A stretch of 64,000 nt of DNA from assembly GCA_965221955.1 (NCBI GenBank), contig CBDCTA010000018.1:32001-96000 (forward strand), in the 5' to 3' direction. The first letter of the stretch is position 1. Every line of letters begins with the position of its first letter. This document shows, in pieces, positions 1-10,228 of this stretch. A model generated the notes under the pieces. That model saw only the letters and a program-made list of their open reading frames with translations. It was not told where the DNA came from and did not search any database. The DNA is from Gammaproteobacteria bacterium. Lineage in GTDB: Bacteria; Pseudomonadota; Gammaproteobacteria; UBA4575. Position numbers and translations under genes: made by a program.

Positions 1-344
1 CCAGAAAAAAAACTGGCTACTCCAGCAGACAGATCGTGTGTTTTTTCGTTTATGTTACTTGCATGAATTTTAATTTTAGAAAGTTGAGAGAACCAGAGTG
101 TGAGTATATTTTGAATCTCGTCTAAATTTTGTAAAAACAATTCAGAAACAGGTATATCTGACTCTATATCTATATCTTCATTATTAAACATGGCAGGAAT
201 AATCGCAGCACAAATGAATGGCTCAATATTACAAAAAAGCTCATGTCCTGATTTGCATTCAAACCACAACTCCTCTTTGCCAATCAATCCAGACAACTTA
301 TATTTGTCTTTTACCTTGCTGACGGAAATATTTTTAATAATCAC
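1..344 (-). CDS. N-terminal part (runs off the left edge) of a PP-loop/QueC-like hypothetical protein, paralog of 47630..48745
   Basis: Not in the ORF track. Manual minus-strand translation from GTG at 344 is open to base 1: MIIKNISVSKVKDKYKLSGLIGKEELWFECKSGHELFCNIEPFICAAIIPAMFNNEDIDIESDIPVSELFLQNLDEIQNILTLWFSQLSKIKIHA...AGVASFFSG. It is colinear with 47630 (WFECKSGH, PAM, NLDxIQ, LWxSQL, AGVxSFFSG). Confidence 0.85.
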   Translation of the reverse strand, partial: MIIKNISVSKVKDKYKLSGLIGKEELWFECKSGHELFCNIEPFICAAIIPAMFNNEDIDIESDIPVSELFLQNLDEIQNILTLWFSQLSKIKIHASNINEKTHDLSAGVASFFS

Positions 345-437
345 CTTCAAATACCCCCAAATTTATCACTAGCAATATTTTATGGAATTAACATCCCTAA
401 CTTGATTTAATTTCTTTGACTACATAAGAAACTATCG

Positions 438-2459
438 CTATTGAGTTCCAATAATAATGCCTTTCAATTTCACCACTTCATCCCGCATTTTTGCTGCTTC
501 TTCAAACTCTAAATTCTTTGCATGCTCATACATCTTTTGTTCTAGCTGTTTGATTTTTTTCATCCCATGTTCGGGACTCGTACGCGAATATTCGATCACT
601 TCTTCTGCTACTTTTGATAGCTTTTCACGTTTACCAATGTCATAAGGCATTCTACGAGCGCCCTCCATAATATCGGCAACTTTCTTTTTTATTCCTTTAG
701 GTGTAATACCGTGTTTTTCATTAAACTCTAATTGTTTGTTACGCCTACGATTGGTTTCTTCAATCGCTTTCTTCATCGAACCTGTCAGGTCTTCTGCATA
801 CATTATAGCTTTACCATTTAAATGCCGTGCTGCACGTCCCACCGTTTGAATGAGTGATCGCTCGGAACGCAAAAAACCTTCTTTATCTGCATCTAAAATA
901 GCAACTAAAGATACTTCTGGAATATCTAAACCCTCACGCAATAAATTGATTCCCACTAATACATCGAAATCTCCTTTACGCAGACTACGAATAATTTCGA
1001 CACGCTCTACTGTATCAATATCTGAATGCAAATAACGAACACGTACACCATGGTCGCCCAAATATTCAGTGAGATCTTCTGCCATACGCTTAGTAAGAGT
1101 TGTAATTAAAACACGTTCATCTTTTTGAACTCGTTCGGTAATTTCTGACAATACATCATCCACTTGTGATGCAACGGGACGCACTTCAATTTCTGGATCA
1201 ACAAGTCCTGTAGGACGTACAACTTGTTCTGCCACCGCATCCGATTTTTCTTTTTCGTATGGACCGGGAGTAGCTGATACGTAAATCATTTGCGGTGCTA
1301 AGGCTTCAAACTCTTCAAACTTTAAAGGCCGATTATCTAATGCCGATGGTAAACGGAAACCATATTCCACCAAGGTTTCTTTGCGGGAACGATCTCCTTT
1401 ATACATACCACCAAATTGTGGAACGGATACATGACTTTCATCCATTACCATCAACGCATTATCAGGCAGATAATCTAACAAGCATGGAGGTGGCTCGCCG
1501 GCTTCACGTCCTGAAAGATAACGTGAATAATTTTCAATACCATTGCAGTAACCGATTTCTTGAATCATTTCTAAATCAAAACGCGTGCGTTGTTCTAAAC
1601 GTTGTTCTTCTACTAAACGATTCGCATCGCGTAACACTTGCAAACGCTCTTTGAGTTCTAGCTTAATTTGCTCAATTGCATTGAGCAGGATTTCACGTGG
1701 TGTTACATAATGAGTTTTAGGATAAATCGTTAACCGTGGCACTTTACGGATCAATTCACCTGTGAGTGGATCAAAATAGCTGAGATTTTCAATTTCATCA
1801 TCGAATAATTCGATACGAATACCTTCACGCTCAGATTCAGCAGGATGCACATCAATGACTTCACCATGCACTCGAAAGGTGCCACGCCGTAATTCAAAAT
1901 CGTTGCGACTGTATTGCAACTCAGCCAACCTTCTTAGTAACTTGCGTTGATCAATACGATCACCACGATCGAGATGCATCACCATACCCAGATAAGCTTT
2001 TGGATCCCCTAAACCATAAATAGCGGAAACGGTTGCAACGATTATCGTATCCGACCTCTCAAACAAAGCTTTTGTTGCCGAGAGTCGCATTTGCTCAATA
2101 TGATCATTAACGGAAGCATCTTTCTCAATAAAAGTGTCGCTGGAAGGCACATATGCTTCGGGTTGGTAGTAGTCGTAATAGGACACGAAATATTCCACTG
2201 CATTTTTAGGAAAGAACTCTTTCATCTCTCCATATAGCTGCGCGGCCAGAGTTTTGTTCGGCGCCAAAATAATAGTCGGGCGCTGAACTTGCTGTACGAC
2301 ATTTGCGATGGTGAAGGTCTTACCTGAGCCCGTTACCCCCAACAACGTTTGATGAGCCAAACCATCGTTTAAACCTTCAACTAATGCGGAGATCGCTTCA
2401 GGCTGGTCACCTGCTGGATCGAACTTGGTATTTAGTTGAAATTGGCCTTGTATAGACAT
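438..2459 (-). CDS. uvrB: Excinuclease ABC subunit B
   Basis: 673 aa. Contains [14 protein letters not shown] (Walker A), [26 protein letters not shown] and a C-terminal UVR domain ([11 protein letters not shown]). Confidence 0.99.
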   Translation of the reverse strand: MSIQGQFQLNTKFDPAGDQPEAISALVEGLNDGLAHQTLLGVTGSGKTFTIANVVQQVQRPTIILAPNKTLAAQLYGEMKEFFPKNAVEYFVSYYDYYQPEAYVPSSDTFIEKDASVNDHIEQMRLSATKALFERSDTIIVATVSAIYGLGDPKAYLGMVMHLDRGDRIDQRKLLRRLAELQYSRNDFELRRGTFRVHGEVIDVHPAESEREGIRIELFDDEIENLSYFDPLTGELIRKVPRLTIYPKTHYVTPREILLNAIEQIKLELKERLQVLRDANRLVEEQRLEQRTRFDLEMIQEIGYCNGIENYSRYLSGREAGEPPPCLLDYLPDNALMVMDESHVSVPQFGGMYKGDRSRKETLVEYGFRLPSALDNRPLKFEEFEALAPQMIYVSATPGPYEKEKSDAVAEQVVRPTGLVDPEIEVRPVASQVDDVLSEITERVQKDERVLITTLTKRMAEDLTEYLGDHGVRVRYLHSDIDTVERVEIIRSLRKGDFDVLVGINLLREGLDIPEVSLVAILDADKEGFLRSERSLIQTVGRAARHLNGKAIMYAEDLTGSMKKAIEETNRRRNKQLEFNEKHGITPKGIKKKVADIMEGARRMPYDIGKREKLSKVAEEVIEYSRTSPEHGMKKIKQLEQKMYEHAKNLEFEEAAKMRDEVVKLKGIIIGTQ

Positions 2460-2577
2460 GATGATATTTTGCGCTGATTCAGACTTATCTCTTTTAGAAA
2501 GTACACCTAGGCTGCCCTGCCCCTGTAAAGTGCTTATCCAAGCAATTCATACAGATACACACATATAGGAAACCTTC

Positions 2578-3756
2578 GTGAGCAGTTTATTAGCCAATCG
2601 CGTATCGCGCATCCAGCCTTCTGTCACTTTAGCCATAACCGCACGTGCAAATCAAATTCGTGCTGAGGGTGGTGATATTTTAAACCTGGCTGCAGGGGAA
2701 CCTGATTTTGACACACCAGAACACATTAAAGCCGCTGCTCAGCAGGCAATGAATGAAGGTAAAACAAAATACACACCTGTTCCAGGCACGCTATCTTTAA
2801 AAGATGCAGTCATAGATAAATTTAAGCGGGATAACGGGCTTGACTATAGCCGTGACGAAATCATGGTATCTAATGGAGGTAAGCAAGTATTCTATAACTT
2901 GTGCCAAGCAATCTTAAATGAAGGCGATGAAGTTTTAATCCCTGCACCTTACTGGGTCTCATATCCCGACATGGCCCTTTTAGCAGGGGGAGAGCCCGTC
3001 ATTATCCCAAGTGACGATGCGCATCGCTGCAAAATTACAGCTGCTGACTTAGAAAAACATATAACACCTAAATCAAAATTATTCGTCATCAATAGTCCAT
3101 CTAACCCATCGGGCATTGCATACACTGAAGATGAATTAGCTGCACTTGGAGAAGTATTAGAACAACATAAAAATATTGTAGTGGTCACGGACGATATCTA
3201 TGAACACATTATGTTCGGTGGTCAAAAGTTTGTGAATATTTTAAACACTACTCCGTTACTTAAAGATCGAACAGTTGTGCTCAATGGAGTATCAAAAGTG
3301 TATTCCATGACTGGTTGGCGTATTGGTTATGCTGCGGGACCAACTGACATCATCAAAGCGATGACAAAAATTCAATCACAGAGCACTTCGAACCCAAGCT
3401 CTATTTCACAAGCTGCAGCTGAAGCTGCACTTACTGGTGATCAAGATTGTGTTTCCACCATGTGCAAAGCGTTCGAAGAACGACATGACTATATTGTCGA
3501 CGCACTTAATAAGCTGGAAGGTGTAAGTTGTATGCAGTGCGACGGTACATTCTATTGCTTTCCAAATGTACAAGGCTTAATAGATCGCATAGAAGGGGTA
3601 GCGGATGATGTACAATTCGCTGAATACTTACTCATTGAAGCCGGTATCGCAGGGGTACCCGGCACCGCATTTGGCTCACCAGGACATATGCGTTTTTCAT
3701 ATGCTACGAGCATGGATGTATTAGAACAAGCGATGACTCGCTTGACTGAGTTATAA
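2578..3756 (+). CDS. PLP-dependent class I/II aminotransferase (aspartate aminotransferase-like)
   Basis: Motifs GEPDFDTP, NSPSNPSG, DDIYE, SKVYSMTGWRIG (PLP lysine) and a C-terminal RFSYA. Confidence 0.95.
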   Translation: MSSLLANRVSRIQPSVTLAITARANQIRAEGGDILNLAAGEPDFDTPEHIKAAAQQAMNEGKTKYTPVPGTLSLKDAVIDKFKRDNGLDYSRDEIMVSNGGKQVFYNLCQAILNEGDEVLIPAPYWVSYPDMALLAGGEPVIIPSDDAHRCKITAADLEKHITPKSKLFVINSPSNPSGIAYTEDELAALGEVLEQHKNIVVVTDDIYEHIMFGGQKFVNILNTTPLLKDRTVVLNGVSKVYSMTGWRIGYAAGPTDIIKAMTKIQSQSTSNPSSISQAAAEAALTGDQDCVSTMCKAFEERHDYIVDALNKLEGVSCMQCDGTFYCFPNVQGLIDRIEGVADDVQFAEYLLIEAGIAGVPGTAFGSPGHMRFSYATSMDVLEQAMTRLTEL

Positions 3757-3785
3757 GACTTGTTAGAGTTTTTAATACAAGGCTA

Positions 3786-3828
3786 TTCCAGCGTTTAGGT
3801 TATATTGGAAATTACCTAAACGTTGGAA
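3786..3828. terminator. Hairpin between convergent genes, likely bidirectional terminator
   Basis: Arms ttccagcgtttaggt and acctaaacgttggaa (15 bp, one G-T pair) lie between the stops of the aminotransferase and Bro-N genes. There is no strong U-tract. Confidence 0.55.
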
Positions 3829-3849
3829 GCTTATTTAATCTAGACTGGT

Positions 3850-4230
3850 TTACCCTTGACTAGCGTACATAGTCGGTGAAGCACCGTTAGTATACTGAGG
3901 CATCACTTCACGTTGTACGTGCTGCTTGAATCGTTGCACATCAAGACTGTCTGAAATGCGTAGCATTTTATACATACCGTCTTCAGACAAAATCATCATA
4001 TCAATCCACGGATTTTTTGGATTTTCAGGCGTATCGATTCGATACTTACGTTTTTGATCATCGCCTAAATTTCGTGTCGCTACGGTTACATTTGGTTTGC
4101 CAGTTCGCTTATTAATCGCTAAACCCAGACATCGACAAATATCAGCCGCAACAAACCATGCTACACCGGCCTCATCCTTGACGACCCGTATTTGGTGGCC
4201 ACTATAGTCAAATAGCGTTACGTTACTCAC
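3850..4230 (-). CDS. Bro-N domain (phage antirepressor-like) DNA-binding protein
   Basis: FDYSGHQIRVV...WFVAADICRCLGL...ILSEDGMY...F...V.REVMP follows the Bro-N pattern. An AAGGAG RBS precedes the GTG start. Confidence 0.85.
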   Translation of the reverse strand: MSNVTLFDYSGHQIRVVKDEAGVAWFVAADICRCLGLAINKRTGKPNVTVATRNLGDDQKRKYRIDTPENPKNPWIDMMILSEDGMYKMLRISDSLDVQRFKQHVQREVMPQYTNGASPTMYASQG

Positions 4231-4533
4231 TTTGTGTCACTCCTTGTATTCACACAATATGCAAACACGGCACGAGACCGTGAATTGAGGAATATTTATA
4301 GAACGATCAAAGACCTACGGATTATGATTGCCGCTTATTGGTACTATAAGACTGATAACCTGAACGGTACTTTTGACGAACAAAAACCAAAGGTGGCTGA
4401 CGCCGATGAATGAAACTTGCCATTCCCCAGTATCCGCAATCACAAAGAGAGATGGATAGATAAAAATAGTTCACAAAACATTGAATCTCGCCACCGTTAG
4501 GCAAGACGATTGATGAATACTACTTAATCCATG

Positions 4534-4562
4534 TTGACCGCAATGATATGGGTCGATACCAT
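4534..4562 (+). promoter_or_regulatory. Sigma70 promoter of tRNA-Asn
   Basis: TTGACC (4534-4539), 17-bp spacer, TACCAT (4557-4562), then a GC-rich discriminator ctgccgc. It ends 16 nt before the mature tRNA. Confidence 0.75.
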
Positions 4563-4578
4563 CTGCCGCTTCCCTTAT

Positions 4579-4654
4579 TCCCCGGTAGCTCAGTTGGTAG
4601 AGCGGGTGACTGTTAATCACTAGGTCGGCGGTTCGAGCCCGTCCCGGGGAGCCA
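4579..4654 (+). tRNA. tRNA-Asn (GTT)
   Basis: 76-nt cloverleaf: acceptor TCCCCGG/CCGGGGA, D arm AGCTCAGTTGGTAGAGC, anticodon loop CT-GTT-AA, T loop GTTCGAG, encoded 3' CCA. Confidence 0.98.
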
Positions 4655-4866
4655 ATATAGCTGCTAGTTGAGCACTTTATCACAGACAATTCTGAGAATT
4701 GCTTCCATGATAAGCCTTACTAACTAATCACCATAAATCTGCTAGCAACAATATTACTTCGTATTAGTATATTTAAACAAAAAATTGTATTTCATAGATG
4801 AATACTTTACTCAATCCTCAACTTCTTTAGCGGACACACTACTTTTTCTTTAAAAAATTTACTTCT

Positions 4867-6429
4867 ATGCTAGACCTGAACTTAAAACGTGACACGCTTG
4901 AGAAATGGGAAATTACCATTTTTTGGGCAACGATACTTTTTTCATTAGGGTTTTTTTTATTTATCGCTTTTGACCGTAGTTACTTTAACTACGGGACAGA
5001 AACCGACACCATAGGTGGATTTATTCCCGAAGCAAAAAGAATACTTAATGGACAACCATTAGCGCTTAACTTTCATCCCCCTCTATACTCATTTGCACTT
5101 TCAATTGCTTTTAGCATATCTAAGCATTGGTTATATGCAGGAATTGCGATATCAATAATTAGTGCTTGTATCGTATATCTCTCTACATACTTCACTTTCA
5201 AGCCTATGGTTGGGAAACTACCTGCTATATGGGCTTGTATCGTTACTGCCACGTCTCCAGTATTTTTAAGCTATGCAACACAGGCCACTACTGATCTTTA
5301 CTTTTTTGCATTGTATTCGCTAACTATCTGGAGTGCATTTCACTCTTTCAATTCGAACTCAATAGCTTCATGGCTAGCAACTGGTTGCCTGATTGCTTTG
5401 ACTGTTCTTACTCGAGCAAACGGCGTCATATTGCTTCTATTATTGGCTCTTCCTCTCTTTGCAAACATAAAAGTACCATTAAAAATTAAGCTCATCTCAA
5501 CTTGCTTAACAGGAATAGTCATCTGCTGCGGAATTTGGGTTATTTATGCATTAATTACCGATTCAAACTTAAGTCCTGGCAACAACTATAGAAATGTTGC
5601 GATGACGTATTTTGGTACAGGTAATCAAATTTCTTATGAATCTTTAAACTCTATCCCAGAGAACATTAATAGTTTATTTGATGTTTTCATTTATGATCCA
5701 AAAAGTTTTTTAATGATTTATGCAAAAGATTTTTACCTTCTTTTTGCCGATAAATTATATACCCTGCTAGTTTTTCCATTCTCTAAAATCGTATTTGCAG
5801 GTATATTACTAATTGCTGTTTTGTGTTGGAAAAATAAAAATTTGTTTTTATATACAACCATAACGGTTGCTCACATACTATTAATTAACTTGAAAACATT
5901 TGAACCTAGGTATTACATGTTTCTAATACCCTTGTTTGGCATAGGGATTGGCATGATTATATCTAGCCTTATACGACTATTGCCCTCTACCAAAATAACT
6001 CAATTTGCTTCTGCTGCTATAGTAGTGGGTTTTATTATTGTTTCTTTTTGGACAGCACAGTCTCAAGCAATTAACTGGACATATAAGAATCGTACAGAAT
6101 TAAATGAATTTTTGCCTATCGCGCATTCTTTAATAAAAGACGACGACTTTTTTATTGCGAGAAAAAATGTAATAGGCTTTCATACTAACTCCATTACACC
6201 CCCTTATCCTAATAAAAATAGTATAAAAGAACTTAAACAAGCTATTTGCTCCAACCTAGCTGAGAAGAAAAAAAATATATGGCTTTTCTATGGGGCTGAA
6301 GAAATCAAGAAGAGAAAACAATATCAAGAATTGCTAGACCCTACATCTCATGATTTTTTCATACCTGCCGCCCAAGGTAAGCAAAGTAAGTGGGTTCTAT
6401 ACAAAGTCCTTTGTGATAAAAATTTATGA
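4867..6429 (+). CDS. GT-C fold membrane glycosyltransferase (ArnT/PMT-like)
   Basis: Polytopic. Has an acidic first loop (TETD), FHPPLYS, a TD motif, LTRANG, PRYYMFLIP and a soluble C-terminal domain. Confidence 0.8.
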   Translation: MLDLNLKRDTLEKWEITIFWATILFSLGFFLFIAFDRSYFNYGTETDTIGGFIPEAKRILNGQPLALNFHPPLYSFALSIAFSISKHWLYAGIAISIISACIVYLSTYFTFKPMVGKLPAIWACIVTATSPVFLSYATQATTDLYFFALYSLTIWSAFHSFNSNSIASWLATGCLIALTVLTRANGVILLLLLALPLFANIKVPLKIKLISTCLTGIVICCGIWVIYALITDSNLSPGNNYRNVAMTYFGTGNQISYESLNSIPENINSLFDVFIYDPKSFLMIYAKDFYLLFADKLYTLLVFPFSKIVFAGILLIAVLCWKNKNLFLYTTITVAHILLINLKTFEPRYYMFLIPLFGIGIGMIISSLIRLLPSTKITQFASAAIVVGFIIVSFWTAQSQAINWTYKNRTELNEFLPIAHSLIKDDDFFIARKNVIGFHTNSITPPYPNKNSIKELKQAICSNLAEKKKNIWLFYGAEEIKKRKQYQELLDPTSHDFFIPAAQGKQSKWVLYKVLCDKNL

Positions 6430-6811
6430 CATTCTTCCTCCAAGCATTAAATATGCTTTTGTAGGGATATTAAACACTGCAACAGATTTTTTAATATTTG
6501 TTTGTTTAATAAAAATATTTGGACTTCACGCTCTAATCGCGAACAGCTTAAGTTTTATGATAGCTGTAATTCAAAGTTTTATCATTAACCAAAACTGGAC
6601 TTTCAAAAAAAATAAAAATTCGATGAGCTTTAACTCAAAGTTTACTCGTTTCTTTATTGTATCAATCCTCGGACTGTTCTGCTCAAATTTAGTAATTTAT
6701 ATTTTAGCTCCGGTAATGAATGTCTTTGCTGCAAAAGCAGTTGCTGTACTCGTAGTTTTTTTAGTAACTTACACCGCAAATCAAAAATATGTTTTTTTCT
6801 CTGAAAAATAA
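6413..6811 (+). CDS. GtrA-family lipid-linked sugar flippase
   Basis: Four TM segments with KYAFVGILNT, ANSLSF, NQNWTF and NQKYVF. An in-frame GTG at 6413 is preferred to the ORF-track start at 6350, which overlaps the upstream gene by 80 nt. Confidence 0.88.
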   Translation: MIKIYDILPPSIKYAFVGILNTATDFLIFVCLIKIFGLHALIANSLSFMIAVIQSFIINQNWTFKKNKNSMSFNSKFTRFFIVSILGLFCSNLVIYILAPVMNVFAAKAVAVLVVFLVTYTANQKYVFFSEK

Positions 6812-6960
6812 TAATAGCGATTACATTCACGCTTTATGAGCATATGCGGACATGTTTATACCTAAGCTACCGTCTATTCGCGTTAATTGGTAATTCGATT
6901 ATTAAGCATTTAGCCTTGAATTTGTTTCTGTAACTAGTACTGTAATATTATTTTATAAAT

Positions 6961-8145
6961 ATGATCATTTTTAAACGCTGGTGGGTTTTTGTACTTATTG
7001 TTGATTTTTTTCTGATCGCACAAACAATACTCTACGCGCATACACAAAATTTTTCGCAACAATGGCGTCTAATCACCCCTTTTACTCTAAACATAGAAAA
7101 TAATATTGCTGCATGGTGGTCGAGCATGACACTTTTAGCAGCATCAATACTTTGTTTTCAGAAATATATAAATAATGCAAATAAAACAGGTATTGCATGG
7201 CTAATATTTGCAGGGCTTTTTGCTGGGTTATCGCTTGATGAAATAGGCTCTATTCACGAGAGAGTGGGAGGGTGGAGCAGAATAATACCCATCGCATTAG
7301 TTTTTTCTATTTTAGTCTTCTTCAGTCTTTTAAGGTTATTCAAACACGAAAGTAGCAGAAAAAGCGCAAGTTATTTACTTATTGGCTTTTTCTTATTTGC
7401 TAGTGTTGTAGTACAAGAATACATAGAACACATAGTAGAATGGAAACCTTGGATGCTTGGAATACGTGCTGGAATTGAAGAAGGAACAGAATTATTCGGT
7501 ATATTTTTTATTCTAATGGCGCTTGTGAATCAGCAAGAAACACAATCCCAAAACATACTTAACTCACTTTTAGTAAAACGAGATACTTTACTAAAACTAA
7601 GATTCATATTAGCTATTACACTTCTCATTCATGCAATAGGTAGTTATGTAATCATAAAATATGGGGACCCCTTGACAAAAACAGGTGATCCTCGTTACTA
7701 CGGAAACCCCATGAACTGGTATCCTACAAGTGTTTTTTTATTATCTTCTATGCTTGCTATGTGGAAACTAATCCACTTTCCTAGGGTGATAAATATTAAG
7801 TGGCTTGTAATATCTTTAGCATGCATTTTATGCTCAATGGATGTAGCGACAAATATTTTCGTCGTTGTTATTCCAAATCTGAGCAGCTTCGTAAACATTA
7901 GCTATGTGGAAGATAACTTTTTAATTCTTTACATATTACAACTACTCATAGTTTGCATATTGGCATGGGAGAATAAGGAATATTTAATTCGCCATTTAGC
8001 ACTTGGAACATTGATCATTTTTATAGTGATTTTCACAATTTATGCTAATCAGAGCATATGGCTACGTTATTTTTCTGTTGGCTTCCTTGCTTACTTCTTA
8101 TATATAGCACTCATCACACATAGAGCCCGAACTCAGTCTAGCTAA
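6961..8145 (+). CDS. Uncharacterised polytopic membrane protein
   Basis: About 10-11 hydrophobic segments with embedded polar motifs (ENNIAAWWS, SLDEIGSIHE, IEEGTEL). Confidence 0.7.
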   Translation: MIIFKRWWVFVLIVDFFLIAQTILYAHTQNFSQQWRLITPFTLNIENNIAAWWSSMTLLAASILCFQKYINNANKTGIAWLIFAGLFAGLSLDEIGSIHERVGGWSRIIPIALVFSILVFFSLLRLFKHESSRKSASYLLIGFFLFASVVVQEYIEHIVEWKPWMLGIRAGIEEGTELFGIFFILMALVNQQETQSQNILNSLLVKRDTLLKLRFILAITLLIHAIGSYVIIKYGDPLTKTGDPRYYGNPMNWYPTSVFLLSSMLAMWKLIHFPRVINIKWLVISLACILCSMDVATNIFVVVIPNLSSFVNISYVEDNFLILYILQLLIVCILAWENKEYLIRHLALGTLIIFIVIFTIYANQSIWLRYFSVGFLAYFLYIALITHRARTQSS

Positions 8146-8474
8146 AAAACCTTAATAATTTTGTTGTTACATTTTATACATTTTGGAAACTATTAATAGA
8201 ATCAACTAAAAAACAGGCTTACCTGAATAATTATATCTAATTATCAGCAACTTATAGCTAATTCAAACTCATTTTACTCTTAATTTCATAGAGTTATACT
8301 GCAAATATAAATTTAGTATTAAGTATTCATATAAAGATACTGTAATATCGAAGCGCTAAAATTTTAAGCACCCAAAAATAACACATGGTCATAGAACTTT
8401 AACATGAGATCTAACATCTCATTAACAACAATACATTTTCTCTTCATTTATTTGCTGAGGTCGGCACAAAAACA

Positions 8475-9233
8475 ATGAATATAAAAAAAATAGTTGCAGC
8501 AATTTTTGCTAAGTTTGTCTTGCCTCTAACATATATTGAACAAGACTCTTTTGATCATTTATGTAGGAATGTGACTAAGTTTAATTCGAATAAAATTACA
8601 CAAGATGAATTATTAAAACTTTTACAATTATACTATTCGAGAATTAATACAGAAAAACTTAAGACTGACCTTAATTTTACTGATATTAAAAATAGCCTGA
8701 TCCAAACAAATGGGTATAAACACACAATAAATGATAAAAAAGAACCTGGTATATACAATAAGCTTTCACTTTACAGTCGTAAATTTGCAATCATGCGACA
8801 TTTAGGCATGAAAGTAGACGTAATTATTCTACGAAAAAATGAATATATTCCCCCACATGGACATAAAAGAATGCTTTCAGGGTTCTATGTATTAGAAGGT
8901 ACAATTGGTGTTCGTCATTATGATCTCGTTGATAAAAACGATAAAACAATGCTTATTAGAAAAACTTTAGATACCATGTATTCCAAAAATGAATACACCA
9001 CTAATTCTGATAATTTAGATAACATTCACTGGCTAAAAGGCATAGCTAGCGAATCATTTCTTTACCGAGTTTCTATCATCGACAAACAACGTGAAGAAGG
9101 AAATGACAATATGGGAGCAGAAGAAAGAATATATATTAACCCCACGATCACTCCTGACAACAATGGTTTAATACATGCTCCTTATATAAATGAAGATTTA
9201 GCTAAAACTTTAACCTTCCCGAATGCTGCTTAA
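8475..9233 (+). CDS. Cupin-fold protein, thiol (cysteine) dioxygenase-like
   Basis: IPPHGH, YVLEG, RHYD and NIHWL give the 3-His cupin arrangement. Confidence 0.6.
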   Translation: MNIKKIVAAIFAKFVLPLTYIEQDSFDHLCRNVTKFNSNKITQDELLKLLQLYYSRINTEKLKTDLNFTDIKNSLIQTNGYKHTINDKKEPGIYNKLSLYSRKFAIMRHLGMKVDVIILRKNEYIPPHGHKRMLSGFYVLEGTIGVRHYDLVDKNDKTMLIRKTLDTMYSKNEYTTNSDNLDNIHWLKGIASESFLYRVSIIDKQREEGNDNMGAEERIYINPTITPDNNGLIHAPYINEDLAKTLTFPNAA

Positions 9234-9245
9234 CTGATACAATTT

Positions 9246-10115
9246 TTATTTTAAGTTCTGCAAATATTTTTCAAATGAATTTCCAACATTAGGATGCTTC
9301 AAAGCTAACTCTACCGTAGCTTCCAAATAACCTAATTTACTACCACAATCATATCGTTTTCCTTCAAATTTATATGCCAACAACTTTTCTGACTTAGCTT
9401 GGGCTGCAAGAGCATCGGTAAGCTGAATCTCGTCACCAGCACCACGACCTGTTTGTTCAAGAATTTGAAATACAGAAGGCTCTAACAAATAGCGACCAAC
9501 CACTGCAACGTTTGAAGGTGCATCTTTTGGATCTGGCTTTTCAACAAAAGTATCTACATCCCATAGATTTTCTTGCACACGTGCTCCTGAGATCACACCG
9601 TAGTTTTTAACTTCTTCCTGATTAACTTCTTGCACACCAACCACACCGCATTGAGATTTTTCATACACATCGATCATTTGTGATAAACAACCCCTAGCAT
9701 CATCATCAATTAAGTCATCAGCAAGAATCACCGCAAAAGGTTCGTCACCTACAACTGGTTTAGCGCATAACACCGCATGCCCCAGCCCTAACGGCTCAGA
9801 TTGTCTTATATAAATACAATCAACATTTCCAGGAAGAATATTTTGGACCATATTCAACATGGTTTCTTTCCCATCAGCCAAAAGTTCGCTTTCTAACTCA
9901 TAAGCTTTATCAAAATGATCTTCAATCGAGCGTTTATGGCGACCTGTGATAAAAACTAATGTATCTATTCCAGCAGCAACCGCTTCTTCAGCTGCATATT
10001 GGATCAGCGGTTTATCCACCACTGGTAACATTTCTTTTGGGCTTGCCTTAGTCGCAGGAAGAAATCTTGTCCCCATACCTGCAACAGGGAAAACTGCTTT
10101 ACGTATCGTTTTCAT
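9246..10115 (-). CDS. galU: UTP-glucose-1-phosphate uridylyltransferase
   Basis: [59 protein letters not shown]. Confidence 0.98.
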   Translation of the reverse strand: MKTIRKAVFPVAGMGTRFLPATKASPKEMLPVVDKPLIQYAAEEAVAAGIDTLVFITGRHKRSIEDHFDKAYELESELLADGKETMLNMVQNILPGNVDCIYIRQSEPLGLGHAVLCAKPVVGDEPFAVILADDLIDDDARGCLSQMIDVYEKSQCGVVGVQEVNQEEVKNYGVISGARVQENLWDVDTFVEKPDPKDAPSNVAVVGRYLLEPSVFQILEQTGRGAGDEIQLTDALAAQAKSEKLLAYKFEGKRYDCGSKLGYLEATVELALKHPNVGNSFEKYLQNLK

Positions 10116-10228
10116 ATGTTGTTAAATTATTTTTGCACTAAGATTTGAAGGTTAATTTTTTAGATTATCATGCATGAAAGCAATACTTTATTCTTAGACC
10201 CACATAATTAAACGACAAAGAGCGCGAT

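Noticed and set aside
190-372. 60-aa plus-strand ORF
   Set aside because: It is antisense to the real minus-strand gene at 1..344, which has clear paralogy to 47630.
2460-2577. Possible LexA (SOS) box upstream of uvrB
   Set aside because: CTGT and ACAG half-sites are present but not at CTGT-N8-ACAG spacing.
4255-4290. GCAAA-CACGG...CCGTG hairpin resembling part of a c-di-GMP-I riboswitch
   Set aside because: It has no GNRA tetraloop or second conserved stem, and that reading is on the wrong strand for the Bro-N leader.
4322-4689. Short minus-strand ORFs 4322..4504 and 4471..4689
   Set aside because: The second is the antisense translation of tRNA-Asn. The first has no recognisable motif or RBS.
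3850-9233. Prophage or integrative element at tRNA-Asn
   Set aside because: No integrase, structural genes or duplicated tRNA 3' end were seen. Only the Bro-N gene and a compositional shift support it.
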